Shown: positions 19,593-29,548, counted from the first letter of the stretch. The stretch is DNA of 64,000 bases from Candidatus Thorarchaeota archaeon (GCA_048884965.1 JBHLQH010000011.1:31913-95912); one strand, 5' to 3'. The notes: generated from the letters alone by a model not told the origin. Program-made: numbers and translations.

Positions 19593-20702
19593 GTGAGCTC
19601 AAGGTCCAACATGGTAATATCTTTGGTTATTATCGCCATCATTTTTGGTGGAGTCGGTTTTGCAATCTATTTTGCCGCTCCATATGAGCCCTCCCGTGTT
19701 GCTGTTGTAATGATGGCACCCGGATTTGGTGATATGAGCAAAGCAGATAATGTATACGAAGGAATGGATACTCTTGCACATGACGTTTCTGTACAATATG
19801 TATACCCAGATCCCTTGCCAACAACTGTCGCTGAAGCACAAGACGATTTAGAGGAATATGCTTCCAGAGCGAATTTCTATGATTTGATTATCGCAATAGG
19901 CGAGGACATGATACCTGCTCTGCAATCTGTTGCTACTGATTTCCCCAATCAGAAGTTTGCAATTATTGGTGGCGATGTTAGTTTAGATAATGTTGCCTCA
20001 GCAACCTTTGAGAGCCAAGAAGCAGCATTTCTAGCTGGTGTCGTTGCAGCTTTTATGGCTGATGAACAGCGCGACTCAATTGATGCACCATACAATGCCC
20101 AGATAGGTATTCTTGGCGCGGTAGATGATAATGAAATCAACGTTTTGATTAATGGTTTTATCCAAGGTGTGATATCTGCAAACGAAACCTATGACCTGAA
20201 CGTGACTCTCGTGGACACTCAATATGTTGGGTACTGGAATAACTCTGACGTTGCAGAAGGAATGATATACACCATGTTTGTGGTTGATGACATCTCAGTA
20301 ATCTTTGCGCCCGTTCGTGCAAGCTATGAAGGAGTTCGTACTGGAATGTTCCGTGCTGATCAAGCCTTTGGATTCTCATCAAGGCAGCCTCTTGTAATCG
20401 CCGCAGAAGGAAATCTCGATTGGTACGGTGCAGCGAATCCCGAAATTCCGATTGCCCCGAGTTTCATAACTACTAGTGCCTACGATCGTATGGATTGGGC
20501 AATTTATGACATCATCAATCAAACTCTCTGGGACCTGTTCCCTGGTGGTGAATTGCTTGAATATAACTTGGCAAATGGTGGCAGCAATATAACGGACTTC
20601 CTGTACAGCTCAACATACATTCCTGAAGAACTCGAGGATGCACTCGATTTGTACAGAGAGCAGATTTCTGACGGTACTATTATTGTGACCAGAGATCTGT
20701 AA
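19593..20702 (+). CDS. BMP-family (basic membrane protein/PnrA-like) solute-binding protein
   Basis: N-terminal anchor; PGFGDMS, ATDFPNQKFAII, EAAFLAGVVAA; GTG start after GGAGG. Confidence 0.85.
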   Translation: MSSRSNMVISLVIIAIIFGGVGFAIYFAAPYEPSRVAVVMMAPGFGDMSKADNVYEGMDTLAHDVSVQYVYPDPLPTTVAEAQDDLEEYASRANFYDLIIAIGEDMIPALQSVATDFPNQKFAIIGGDVSLDNVASATFESQEAAFLAGVVAAFMADEQRDSIDAPYNAQIGILGAVDDNEINVLINGFIQGVISANETYDLNVTLVDTQYVGYWNNSDVAEGMIYTMFVVDDISVIFAPVRASYEGVRTGMFRADQAFGFSSRQPLVIAAEGNLDWYGAANPEIPIAPSFITTSAYDRMDWAIYDIINQTLWDLFPGGELLEYNLANGGSNITDFLYSSTYIPEELEDALDLYREQISDGTIIVTRDL

Positions 20703-20725
20703 CTTTCTCCATGCAACTACAATTA

Positions 20726-20748
20726 GAAGGGGGTTTATTACCCCCTTC
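20726..20748 (+). terminator. Hairpin after the BMP gene
   Basis: GAAGGGGGT-TTATT-ACCCCCTTC followed by a T-rich tract. Confidence 0.6.
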
Positions 20749-20779
20749 CTACGATTTCTCTTTTTGGATGCGAAATTAA

Positions 20780-21382
20780 ATGAATGCTGAGAATATTATA
20801 GCAACTTTTCTTCAGGCTGCATCACTCAAGCGATTGGGACGAACAGGATGGGACATAGCAGGAATACTCATCGGACGACAAGAATCAGTTGCAGAACATT
20901 CATGGGGTACCACTTTTCTATCTTGGCTCCTCTGCAATCATATTATGCTAGAAGGTGAAAATCTAGATTCATACAAGATTCTCTCCATGGCGACTATTCA
21001 TGATCTGGCTGAGTCCGTTACCTCTGATATCCCACATTCTGCAATCCAACTCGGCGCGACGGCTCTCAAAATGGGAAAAATGAAGGCTGAGGAGAATGCA
21101 GTGACGAAGCTTCTTGGTAATCTAGAGCAAATATTTCCAATTGCAAAAGAATTCCTGAAAGAGCTTGAAGAGGCTAAGACCACAGAAAGCAGAATTGTAT
21201 TATCAGCGGATATTCTTGATATGCTTCTACATGCTATTGGATTGGAACGAAATGGAGTTGATTCTCACCTCTTGGATTCATTCTTCGATTCGAGTATGCA
21301 ACGTATCTATCACTACAGAATTCCCATAGCAATCAATATTGCGAATCTCCTCTTGGACGAACATAAAGGAATAGGCAAATGA
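20780..21382 (+). CDS. HD-domain phosphohydrolase (YfbR/HDDC2-like 5'-deoxynucleotidase)
   Basis: LKRLGRTGW, ESVAEHS, IHDLAE, ADILDM. Confidence 0.9.
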   Translation: MNAENIIATFLQAASLKRLGRTGWDIAGILIGRQESVAEHSWGTTFLSWLLCNHIMLEGENLDSYKILSMATIHDLAESVTSDIPHSAIQLGATALKMGKMKAEENAVTKLLGNLEQIFPIAKEFLKELEEAKTTESRIVLSADILDMLLHAIGLERNGVDSHLLDSFFDSSMQRIYHYRIPIAINIANLLLDEHKGIGK

Positions 21383-21388
21383 TTGTCT

Positions 21389-22006
21389 TCATTGAGCGAA
21401 TTGCTTTCGTACTTCTGCTGCGAGTTGTCTTGCTACACGGACTGGTTCAGGGATTCTACCTTCACTTGTGAACTGGTTCACTAGCTTCTTTGCTGGTCCA
21501 CTACTGATTCCAGCACAAGCAATGAAAGCCTCTAACCCTGAGTCAAGAGTGAATCTCTCTCTTTGTCCGATTGCATTAATAGCTTCAAGACGCATTTCCC
21601 AGTTGTCGGGGAAGTACTCTTTCACATATCTATCCAAACCTTCTGACGCCTCGTAGGACACACAGATAACAGGAATCCCAGTCTTTGCAGCTAATTGATG
21701 AATGTCAACTGAATTGAACCACGAGATGATACAACCTCCTAGCATCCAGGCATGTATGTCTTTTCGTTCCATCCTCTCATACATCATGAAGAGATGCTCA
21801 GTCGCATCCAATCCACCAACAGTAGGGTTACAGAACCCAAATCCATCTATCCTCAAATCCCCTCTCATAATGATACCCACGACATAGCTGATATGGTCCT
21901 TCTTTTCAAAGCTCTCAGCAACACCTAATACTCTCACACCTCCCTTCCATTGCCTACTGCGTTCCTCGAAATCATCATTGGGAAATGTAAAGATTGAGTT
22001 CATCAT
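21389..22006 (-). CDS. DUF99-family (endonuclease V-like) protein
   Basis: RVLGVAESF, TVGGLDAT, ISWFNSVD, GRIPEPVRVA. Confidence 0.85.
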   Translation of the reverse strand: MMNSIFTFPNDDFEERSRQWKGGVRVLGVAESFEKKDHISYVVGIIMRGDLRIDGFGFCNPTVGGLDATEHLFMMYERMERKDIHAWMLGGCIISWFNSVDIHQLAAKTGIPVICVSYEASEGLDRYVKEYFPDNWEMRLEAINAIGQRERFTLDSGLEAFIACAGISSGPAKKLVNQFTSEGRIPEPVRVARQLAAEVRKQFAQ

Positions 22007-22171
22007 TTACTAACCTCGAAAATATGAGTGTGCTATGTATCTCAATAATTCTTTTTACTATGATATGCTGATGTTATACAAGCTGTTTAATGACGAATGT
22101 TCAACGTAAGTTTATTAACACGCACTATACCAGACATAGTAACAAGAGTACGAAAAGCGAGAGTATGAATA

Positions 22172-22555
22172 ATGTTTGATCCCGGGTTCGAAGAGCTGCA
22201 GGGGAAATTTAGAGAAATCATGGAAGAGGCTTTAGCGCTCTCCACAGGCGTTCGTGCCTGGCTCTTACTCTCGAAAGAAGGTTTGCCGATCTCTTCAGCT
22301 GTTCCCCAAGGTCTTGAGGAAGCTGAAATTGCTGCGATGTCAGCTTCAATTCTAGGCGTAGCTGATCTTGCAGCTGAACGCCTAGAACAAGGATCACTAG
22401 AGGAGATACTGATTACCAATGAGCAAGGGCTCATCATTATGAAAGGTGCTGGAGAAAAAGCAATTCTAGTACTTGCAGCGAGAAAAGACATGAAAACGGG
22501 TCTTTTAGTTTACGCCGCAAAAACAGCTACCGAGAAAATCGCTCCACTGCTCTAG
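22172..22555 (+). CDS. Roadblock/LC7 (MglB-like) protein
   Basis: LLSKEGLPISS...IAAMSASILGVADLAAERLEQGSLEEILI...GEKAILVLAA. Confidence 0.9.
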   Translation: MFDPGFEELQGKFREIMEEALALSTGVRAWLLLSKEGLPISSAVPQGLEEAEIAAMSASILGVADLAAERLEQGSLEEILITNEQGLIIMKGAGEKAILVLAARKDMKTGLLVYAAKTATEKIAPLL

Positions 22556-24570
22556 GTGTCGAAGATACCCATTATCCAATACATACATCCTAACAGCAAT
22601 CGCCAATCATCATCAGCTCCGTATATCTTATTTAGCCCCCAATTGTCAAGAAAGAAATTTGTGCCAGTTATTATGGCTCTCGCTGATAATCTGCCTTCTA
22701 CAGCAACAAGCACTGGTTTCAATGCAGTATGAATAACTCCAAGGTCATCAAACCATTGAAAGATCTCGTACGCCAATATTGTTGAATTACCTCCGACAGT
22801 TAGAGATGCTCCATGGTAATCAAAGGTAGAAACTCTTTCTGTGACTACATGATTTCTATTGATGTTCTCAACTTGTACTGAATTAGCAACACCATTATGT
22901 ATGATAGTGGCTAGTGGAACTTTATCATTATTTATGCTAATATTGAAGATTGCAAGAAGATTATTCGTATTAGATATATCCAGACTTGTGTTGTCACCAC
23001 CTGTGATTAGCAGATGCCCTCCTTTTTCCCAATATGTCCTATAGGCATCCAGCTCAACGCTTGTATATGGGATTGAAGAAGTTTGAATTACTGCTACCCC
23101 GCGCTCCTCAAACTCCCAAGCTCCTGGATCTAGTATCGCGATTGCATCATACTGACGTAGATACTCATAGGTAATATCTGAAGGGTCTCTTATTTCTTCC
23201 ACTGCAATCCCAGCATACGCAAGTTTAGAGTAAAATGTGCGAAACTGACCAAAAATGGAATCCATCCACCATGAGGTATGAGTGAAATCAAATGCTATCT
23301 TCCGACTATATGGTGTCGCATCAAATCCGACCCGTGTCGATATGACTCTATAGACTTCTGATATCAAGGATATCGTTGCAGAAATATCTGGCCAATTCAG
23401 TCGTGATACTATCTTCACATCCACCAAGAACTCGGCACTCTGGTTCACAAAGATAATATCAGGTGAATTGACCCAGGGGGCAGCGATTCCAGTCACTCTT
23501 ATCACAAATGTGGCATTCGTACTCGTAAATACATTTACCCGAATCTGATTGGTTGTATTCAGAAACCACCTCTCAAAACTGAAGATGCCTTGGTCCGGAG
23601 ACATCCATGCCATAAGAGGCAATCCATTAAGTTTTTCCGAACTCTCAAGATATTTCTTTGCTAGTTCGACATCGACTTCTCCTGCTCCAATTTGCCATGG
23701 CTCACTACTTAGGTGTCCTGCGCTGGCTAGCAATGTAGCTTTTATCATCCCTGGTGTCCAACTCCAGTCATTCTCTTGACAGAATCGAACCAAATTGGCT
23801 GCCGCGGCTGTTACAATTGGAGCCGCCGCGCTTGTTCCTAGTAGGGTTACTGTATTGTCATAATAATAACCAGATGCAGAGATATCTGGTTTCAATCCTC
23901 TCCCTATGGTAGGTCCATAACCTGAGAATGAATATGGTTGTCCAAGATCATTGATTGCAGCTACAGCGATCACTTCTGGATAGACTGCAGGAGATTCTAC
24001 AGAACTTCCAGTAATCCCATCCTGACCATTATTGCCACTGGCTGATACAATCGTGACTCCCTGATGAAATGCCCACTGAACGATTTCTTTTATGCCATCG
24101 GTATCAGTAGGAGCGGAACCAAGACTCAGGTTAATTATGTCACAATCCTGTTCTTCTATCACCCATCTAAACGCTGCAATGATTGCTTTTGCCGTGGCGA
24201 AATCTCCATGATTGATTACTTTTGCATTAATTATGCCTACATTTGGCGCTTCCTTTACAATTATCTTCGCTACCGACGAACCATGTTGATTGCCCCCAGG
24301 TTCTGAGTCTATAGTTTCCATATCTGGAGCTGTAAACCCATATGTACTGTTTATGAAACTCATCTCTGCGATGAGATGAACTGACAGCTGATTGTCGGGA
24401 GTCACACCCGAATCGATAACTGCAACCTTCACAGTGATTTCTGGCGGACCAAATGCTCTTGGTAGAATGAGGAACGCAAAGGTGAATGCAACGACTATCA
24501 TAGCGATGACTAGAAGTGCTGTACCCCTTTGAGGAGTAAATTCATCCAGTCCATCGTCCATATACCCCAA
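22552..24570 (-). CDS. Membrane-anchored S8 subtilase with a site-1 protease (MBTPS1)-like C-terminal domain
   Basis: N-terminal TM; triad VIDSG / QHGS / GTSAAAP; oxyanion SGNNG; C-terminal domain FRTFYSKL..AG..VE...YDAIAILDP. Confidence 0.85.
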   Translation of the reverse strand: MGYMDDGLDEFTPQRGTALLVIAMIVVAFTFAFLILPRAFGPPEITVKVAVIDSGVTPDNQLSVHLIAEMSFINSTYGFTAPDMETIDSEPGGNQHGSSVAKIIVKEAPNVGIINAKVINHGDFATAKAIIAAFRWVIEEQDCDIINLSLGSAPTDTDGIKEIVQWAFHQGVTIVSASGNNGQDGITGSSVESPAVYPEVIAVAAINDLGQPYSFSGYGPTIGRGLKPDISASGYYYDNTVTLLGTSAAAPIVTAAAANLVRFCQENDWSWTPGMIKATLLASAGHLSSEPWQIGAGEVDVELAKKYLESSEKLNGLPLMAWMSPDQGIFSFERWFLNTTNQIRVNVFTSTNATFVIRVTGIAAPWVNSPDIIFVNQSAEFLVDVKIVSRLNWPDISATISLISEVYRVISTRVGFDATPYSRKIAFDFTHTSWWMDSIFGQFRTFYSKLAYAGIAVEEIRDPSDITYEYLRQYDAIAILDPGAWEFEERGVAVIQTSSIPYTSVELDAYRTYWEKGGHLLITGGDNTSLDISNTNNLLAIFNISINNDKVPLATIIHNGVANSVQVENINRNHVVTERVSTFDYHGASLTVGGNSTILAYEIFQWFDDLGVIHTALKPVLVAVEGRLSARAIITGTNFFLDNWGLNKIYGADDDWRLLLGCMYWIMGIFDT

Positions 24571-24693
24571 TCCCAGAGAATCTCTACTAAAATCTTAGCA
24601 TCAAAGAGATAAATCATCTGTGGAACCAGCAAGTCACCTAAATGTAAATCCTTATCACTTCACTAGATTTGTTCAAAACGAGGTTCCCCGCCA

Positions 24694-25497
24694 ATGGTGA
24701 TGGATGATCCAGATATCTATGAACTTGACGAGTATGATGGAATAGATCTCTTCATTCCGGGTGATGACATCGAACGTGAGATTGATGGTGCTGGAATGTT
24801 TAGGGCACTGCTTCTGACTTTAGGTTCATTTGGCCTTACAATAGGAATCACTATTCTTCTCATGCTTCCGTTGTTTCTACTCGGTTTCATCTATATGGAC
24901 TTCTATGGGAATATCTACTATGACCCATGGGTTTTCATTTTTCTCACGATTGCTGAAATTGGCTTTATAATACCTCCAATATGGTATGTGAAGAACAAAG
25001 GTTTCTCCCTGCGTTCTATTGGTATCAAGAAGTATGAACCGGTGAAGGAGATCGTTTTGGGGTTGATTTTTGGAGCTATAATGCTCGCAGCAAATATAGC
25101 CATCACTTGGATCATTGCTGAAGCTGCCAATATCACTTACGACGAATCCGATTCACTGTTGATTGCTGAGAACTGGGGTGAGGTAATTGCATGGGTCTTA
25201 GTGATGTTCGTTATCGTTGGATTCAGCGAGGAGCTAATCTTCCGAGGCTATCTGCAAAGAAGAATGGAGATTTACTTAAGACCAAAGACAACAGGCTACA
25301 AGCTCCTTGCCCTCATTATCACATCAGCATTGTTCTCCGCATTCCATCTTGATCTTATCGGATTGCCAACTAGATTTGTATTGGGTCTTTTCTTGGGCTA
25401 CCTCTGTCAAAGACGGAAGAATTCCATCCTTGGGCCTACCATCGCTCATGGATTCAATAACTCAGCTGTTGTTGTCTTTGCTTTCTTAGGATTCTAA
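24694..25497 (+). CDS. CPBP/Abi (CAAX protease type II, Rce1-like) intramembrane protease
   Basis: Multi-TM; EELIFRG, FSAFH, AHGFNN motifs. Confidence 0.9.
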   Translation: MVMDDPDIYELDEYDGIDLFIPGDDIEREIDGAGMFRALLLTLGSFGLTIGITILLMLPLFLLGFIYMDFYGNIYYDPWVFIFLTIAEIGFIIPPIWYVKNKGFSLRSIGIKKYEPVKEIVLGLIFGAIMLAANIAITWIIAEAANITYDESDSLLIAENWGEVIAWVLVMFVIVGFSEELIFRGYLQRRMEIYLRPKTTGYKLLALIITSALFSAFHLDLIGLPTRFVLGLFLGYLCQRRKNSILGPTIAHGFNNSAVVVFAFLGF

Positions 25498-25550
25498 AAA
25501 GAAATGGGGAGCGAGTGAAAACCCGCTCTCATTATCTAGATTGCGTAGAA

Positions 25551-25754
25551 TCACGCTTCATACTTGAATGCGACTCGAATATTTGCGCGGAATGCCACAA
25601 CCTTGTTTTCTTTGACCTTTGCTGTGAAATGGTCAACATCGATACCAACAATGCCGCGAACACTCTTTGCAGCAACTTCCAATGCATTCTTGGTCGCTTC
25701 TTCCCAACTGTTAGGGCTTTCACCAATCAATTCTATTACTTTTACAACGCTCAA
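25551..25754 (-). CDS. Dodecin (flavin-binding)
   Basis: 67 aa; KVIELIGESPNSWEEA..NAL..AAKSVRGI...AF. Confidence 0.9.
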   Translation of the reverse strand: MSVVKVIELIGESPNSWEEATKNALEVAAKSVRGIVGIDVDHFTAKVKENKVVAFRANIRVAFKYEA

Positions 25755-25825
25755 ATGGTTTTCCTCCTTTTAGGAAATCGTTACTATGATTCTATGCTTA
25801 TTGGTGTTGTTAAACCGCATAATTC

Positions 25826-26986
25826 CTATGCGAGCGTCGTTCGCTTGGCAAATATACCCCAAGCAATCAGCATGAATGCCAATGATACAATCAGAATGAG
25901 AATGATTTCATTCACGAACTCAAAGATCGATATTCCTTTGAATGCAGTATCAATGATCATGACTCTACCAAGATTCAGTGGAAACACCTCATCTATGATT
26001 CCAACATCCATGAAACCTGTTCCTACTATTAAGGAACCAAACAACAGGAATAGGAACGATTGGTTTGCTTGTAGCCGTGTTGTGACCACCGTTGAAATAA
26101 GAACTCCTAAGGCTGATCCCGCAATTGACATTAGCCATAGGATAAAATTCAATGTGAGGACATCTGTGTTGGGCTCTATCTGGAAGAGTGAAAGCCACAG
26201 AAATATTAGAATTGCACCTTGTATGACACCAATCGCAAAATATGCCAATGTCTTCGCTATTATGGCTTCCATCTTTGTTGCAGGAGTTAGTAGCATTCTA
26301 TTCAAGGGTACGTCGCCTACTATTGCCTGAGCGGCAGTTGCAGAAACAGCTATGAACACTGCAAATACAAGAAGAAAAACTCCAAATGTTGCTGCTGTGT
26401 TGTTTCCCACAGGCGCAAACTCCCTGACTCTCTGCAGAGCGATCTCACCTTTTACCCATCCATGGTCAGATCTGAATTCATTGACCACAGTAGTGAAGGT
26501 GCCAAAAATAGTAGCTTGAATCTCAAACTCTGTACTACTCATATGGATATCAACAAATGCAGGAATGTCTCCAGTTATATTCCCTTCAAATCCATAGGGA
26601 ATGATACAATACGCCTTTACTAGATCTTGGTAAAGCGCATTCAGGGCATCATCTTCCGTTTCATAGATTAAGACAATAAAATCGGGGCTTTGTGAGAGGT
26701 ACCAAGTGAAGTTGGCAGACAGATCTTGATTTGGGTACGTGTTAGTAGGGTCAACGTCAACGACTCCTAATACAAGCGCTCCCTCATTCTTGCCGGAGGA
26801 GTCAACTGCGGACCCGATAGACCCCTCATTTATTGTCGCATACATGGTTCCCATGATCATCAGTGGCAATGCAAATACAAGAAGCATGGCAAATTTGTCT
26901 TTTTGAATCAGTCGTACCTCCTTCATGAACATCGACCTGATTCTCCAAATCTTCGTATTTTTTGTCTTGATTGCTTCCTTCGACAA
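25826..26986 (-). CDS. ABC-2 exporter permease with an extracellular domain (YbhR/S-like)
   Basis: KEVRLIQKDK, TM1 plus large loop (GVVDVD...IIPYGF), RMLLTPATKMEAIIAK. Confidence 0.85.
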   Translation of the reverse strand: MSKEAIKTKNTKIWRIRSMFMKEVRLIQKDKFAMLLVFALPLMIMGTMYATINEGSIGSAVDSSGKNEGALVLGVVDVDPTNTYPNQDLSANFTWYLSQSPDFIVLIYETEDDALNALYQDLVKAYCIIPYGFEGNITGDIPAFVDIHMSSTEFEIQATIFGTFTTVVNEFRSDHGWVKGEIALQRVREFAPVGNNTAATFGVFLLVFAVFIAVSATAAQAIVGDVPLNRMLLTPATKMEAIIAKTLAYFAIGVIQGAILIFLWLSLFQIEPNTDVLTLNFILWLMSIAGSALGVLISTVVTTRLQANQSFLFLLFGSLIVGTGFMDVGIIDEVFPLNLGRVMIIDTAFKGISIFEFVNEIILILIVSLAFMLIAWGIFAKRTTLA

Positions 26987-27030
26987 ATCAGCTCACCATG
27001 TAGACATAGCAGACAAACAAATCACGCCTT

Positions 27031-27960
27031 TTATGGCTTTCCAGAACGACCATGTTCTTCCATATATCCTAGAACGTCAGAGCACATCAATAAATAGAGA
27101 ACGAGTGGTCCTTCAGGTCCCCATGAGTCTGAGTAGTCCTTCACCTCGCTTGCTCTAAGTCGACGCCCGTGAGCGAACATTTTTCCAAGTAAATTCTGAA
27201 TTCCCAAATCTCCGAAGGGATAAATCGAGTAATCTCCGATTCCTGCAATCGCTACAACATCAGCTGTCCACTGTCCAATTCCTCTTACTGATGTGAGAAT
27301 CTTACTCCATTCTACATATTCCATGTCATTCAATGCATCCAATTGCAGATTATCGTTCACAACCATCCTACAAATACTATCCACATACTCAGTTTTGTAT
27401 CCAAATCCTATCGCTCTCAAGCCATCTACTCCTAGAGTAAGAATTTCCTCGGGGGATGGAAATCCAAAAACATGCTCTTTACTATTGATTAGATTGGAGG
27501 TTTCCAGTATCAATCTCTGCGTTATTACATTCGCAGCTCGGTACGATATCTGCTGTTGAATTACAGTCTTAGTCAATGCTTCAAATAGTGTATCTGCAAG
27601 ATACGGCCTAAGACCTTTGATCTTGTTGAACAGGAAAGGAAATGACTCTAGCTTTTTGATCTTTGATAATGCGGGATTCATATTCATATCTAGATTGAGA
27701 ATTCTTTCTAGCTTCGAATGCACTTCATTATCGCTTATTGAGCTATCATCCCACTCAACTCTCAAATCTTCACCAGGTTGGTTTTGTGAGATTCTTAGTG
27801 GTATCGATTTGTCTTCGAATGAGAACATTCTCCATAGTGATGTGTGAGAGGTCTGTTCTGGGACAGGCTGGATATCTGGGAATATCCATGCGTGTACAGA
27901 CGAAAGTAAGTCGTAGTTTTTTGGACTTTTGATACTCATTACTTCTCTATATTGGAGCAT
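27031..27960 (-). CDS. alkA: AlkA-like DNA-3-methyladenine glycosylase (HhH-GPD)
   Basis: FEALTKTVIQQQIS, FPSPEEI, HhH VRGIGQWTA, catalytic PFGDLG. Confidence 0.85.
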   Translation of the reverse strand: MLQYREVMSIKSPKNYDLLSSVHAWIFPDIQPVPEQTSHTSLWRMFSFEDKSIPLRISQNQPGEDLRVEWDDSSISDNEVHSKLERILNLDMNMNPALSKIKKLESFPFLFNKIKGLRPYLADTLFEALTKTVIQQQISYRAANVITQRLILETSNLINSKEHVFGFPSPEEILTLGVDGLRAIGFGYKTEYVDSICRMVVNDNLQLDALNDMEYVEWSKILTSVRGIGQWTADVVAIAGIGDYSIYPFGDLGIQNLLGKMFAHGRRLRASEVKDYSDSWGPEGPLVLYLLMCSDVLGYMEEHGRSGKP

Positions 27961-28022
27961 GGCATCCTATTGGAACGGCATTGTTAAAACTGTAACAGTC
28001 TTGTCTGTAACAGGTTCTCAAG

Positions 28023-28394
28023 ATGACTGAAACCCCTTCTCTACGGCTGAATATCCCTGTTTTCAGATTAATAGCAATTGTAACCGCAGGTGCGTTATTG
28101 AATATTGGATTCTATTTTATCCTCTTTATCGCTACACCAGTTCTCTCAGGAATAGTTGTGGGTTTTCTACTAAGCCGGACAAGGGAAGGCGCAATCGCGG
28201 GCTTTACTTCATCTCTGATATCTTTCTTACCTTTGCTTCTTTTTATAGCACCTCTATTGCTTTCATTAAACCCGGTTTCTGACCTGGGTTCCTTTTATCT
28301 AGCCTTGCTACTTTACAGTTTAATTCTCAGTTTCATTGGTTTGGTAGCAGGTGTAATTGGATCTCTCATTGGTGCGAGAACACATCGCAATTAG
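28023..28394 (+). CDS. Small 4-TM membrane protein (DUF5518-like)
   Basis: Hydrophobic, Gly-rich helices (GIVVGFL..EGAIAGF...GVIGSLIG). Confidence 0.65.
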   Translation: MTETPSLRLNIPVFRLIAIVTAGALLNIGFYFILFIATPVLSGIVVGFLLSRTREGAIAGFTSSLISFLPLLLFIAPLLLSLNPVSDLGSFYLALLLYSLILSFIGLVAGVIGSLIGARTHRN

Positions 28395-29548
28395 GTGTCA
28401 ACAATCAGACGTCCTGGACTATAATCCGCATTTGGTCCCACTGTAGTTCTTCTTAATGGATTTCCAAAGAAAACCCATTCCAATGTTGATAATGCTTGAT
28501 CCGACTGCATGACGGAGCTTTCGCCAGTTCTAATATTCTCAATTTCCTTCATGACCTCTTCAGGCAAGTTCTCTGTAATGCCTCTATCAACAGCAAGTTT
28601 CACTTGACCGATCTGCGAGTAACTATCAAGTAGGTCCATGAATCCAAACTTGAATCCGTCTGCATAAGCGCACTGCTTCCAATCCTCAAATGGTTCGATA
28701 TTATTTAACGTATCAAGGGTAGACCCGATATATGCTGCACCTTGACGTAGAAATGCATTGAGCAACGGTCCTTCCTGGGCTGTGCTGCAGGCTTCGGAGA
28801 AGATTACCGGATATCCTTTGAACATAATCTCCGATGCTTGAGAGCTTGAGAGAATTACAGCATTGTGTGAAGCCCATTGTTCTGGAGTGCCATGGATTCT
28901 TGAGCTAAATACACCATCTGAGAATTGAAGTATGAACTCACAAGATCCCAAAAGTTCCTTATCCTCTGTTCTATATCTCTCCAGCACCTCGACCTCAAAA
29001 CCCAATTGAACTAAAGCTTCAACGTGTCTATTTGACCTCCCTGGTTGACTATCGAAAATTACTGCCAGATCGCTGTCAATAACATTGGGATCCATATGAT
29101 ACAAGACAGTTTCTGGTGCACCATATATCCTACCAATTGGTACATCAGGGATTCCATCGCCGTCCACATCTTGCATGAACCAATCAGTGTATGCATAGCT
29201 TCCCTGATAGCTAATCTGTGTTCCAGGTAGCTCCTTGTTGGTACCTATGAGGAGAATGCCCTTGTGAAAGCTTGGGTCATAATGCTTCTGAATAGATTGA
29301 AGGGTGAATACCCATGAGTTTCTATCCTCTGTAATGAAATCAGCATTTATTCCCTTTGCTTTCGTTTCGTAAATCTTCCTGTGTTCTGGACCCACTCGGC
29401 CACAGACAACTAGTAGTTTATCTAGAACATCTCTTCGAGTTCTTCCGATATTGAAGTCCTTCTCCCATTTCTTTCTAAAGGTAGGCTTTCCACTAGTATC
29501 TCTTTCCGCTCCAATTTTCACATTTGAAAACTTATTCAATGGGATCAC
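28391..29548 (-). CDS. Gingipain/peptidase C25-like (clan CD) cysteine protease with no signal peptide
   Basis: ILLIG..ELP...TDWF..DVDGDGIPDVPIGRI, catalytic HG (IHGT), PVIFSEACST, AYIGST, WVFFGNP. Confidence 0.7.
   Translation of the reverse strand: MIPLNKFSNVKIGAERDTSGKPTFRKKWEKDFNIGRTRRDVLDKLLVVCGRVGPEHRKIYETKAKGINADFITEDRNSWVFTLQSIQKHYDPSFHKGILLIGTNKELPGTQISYQGSYAYTDWFMQDVDGDGIPDVPIGRIYGAPETVLYHMDPNVIDSDLAVIFDSQPGRSNRHVEALVQLGFEVEVLERYRTEDKELLGSCEFILQFSDGVFSSRIHGTPEQWASHNAVILSSSQASEIMFKGYPVIFSEACSTAQEGPLLNAFLRQGAAYIGSTLDTLNNIEPFEDWKQCAYADGFKFGFMDLLDSYSQIGQVKLAVDRGITENLPEEVMKEIENIRTGESSVMQSDQALSTLEWVFFGNPLRRTTVGPNADYSPGRLIVDT

Noticed and set aside
25515-26330. 271-aa plus-strand ORF
   Set aside because: Antisense to dodecin and the ABC permease.
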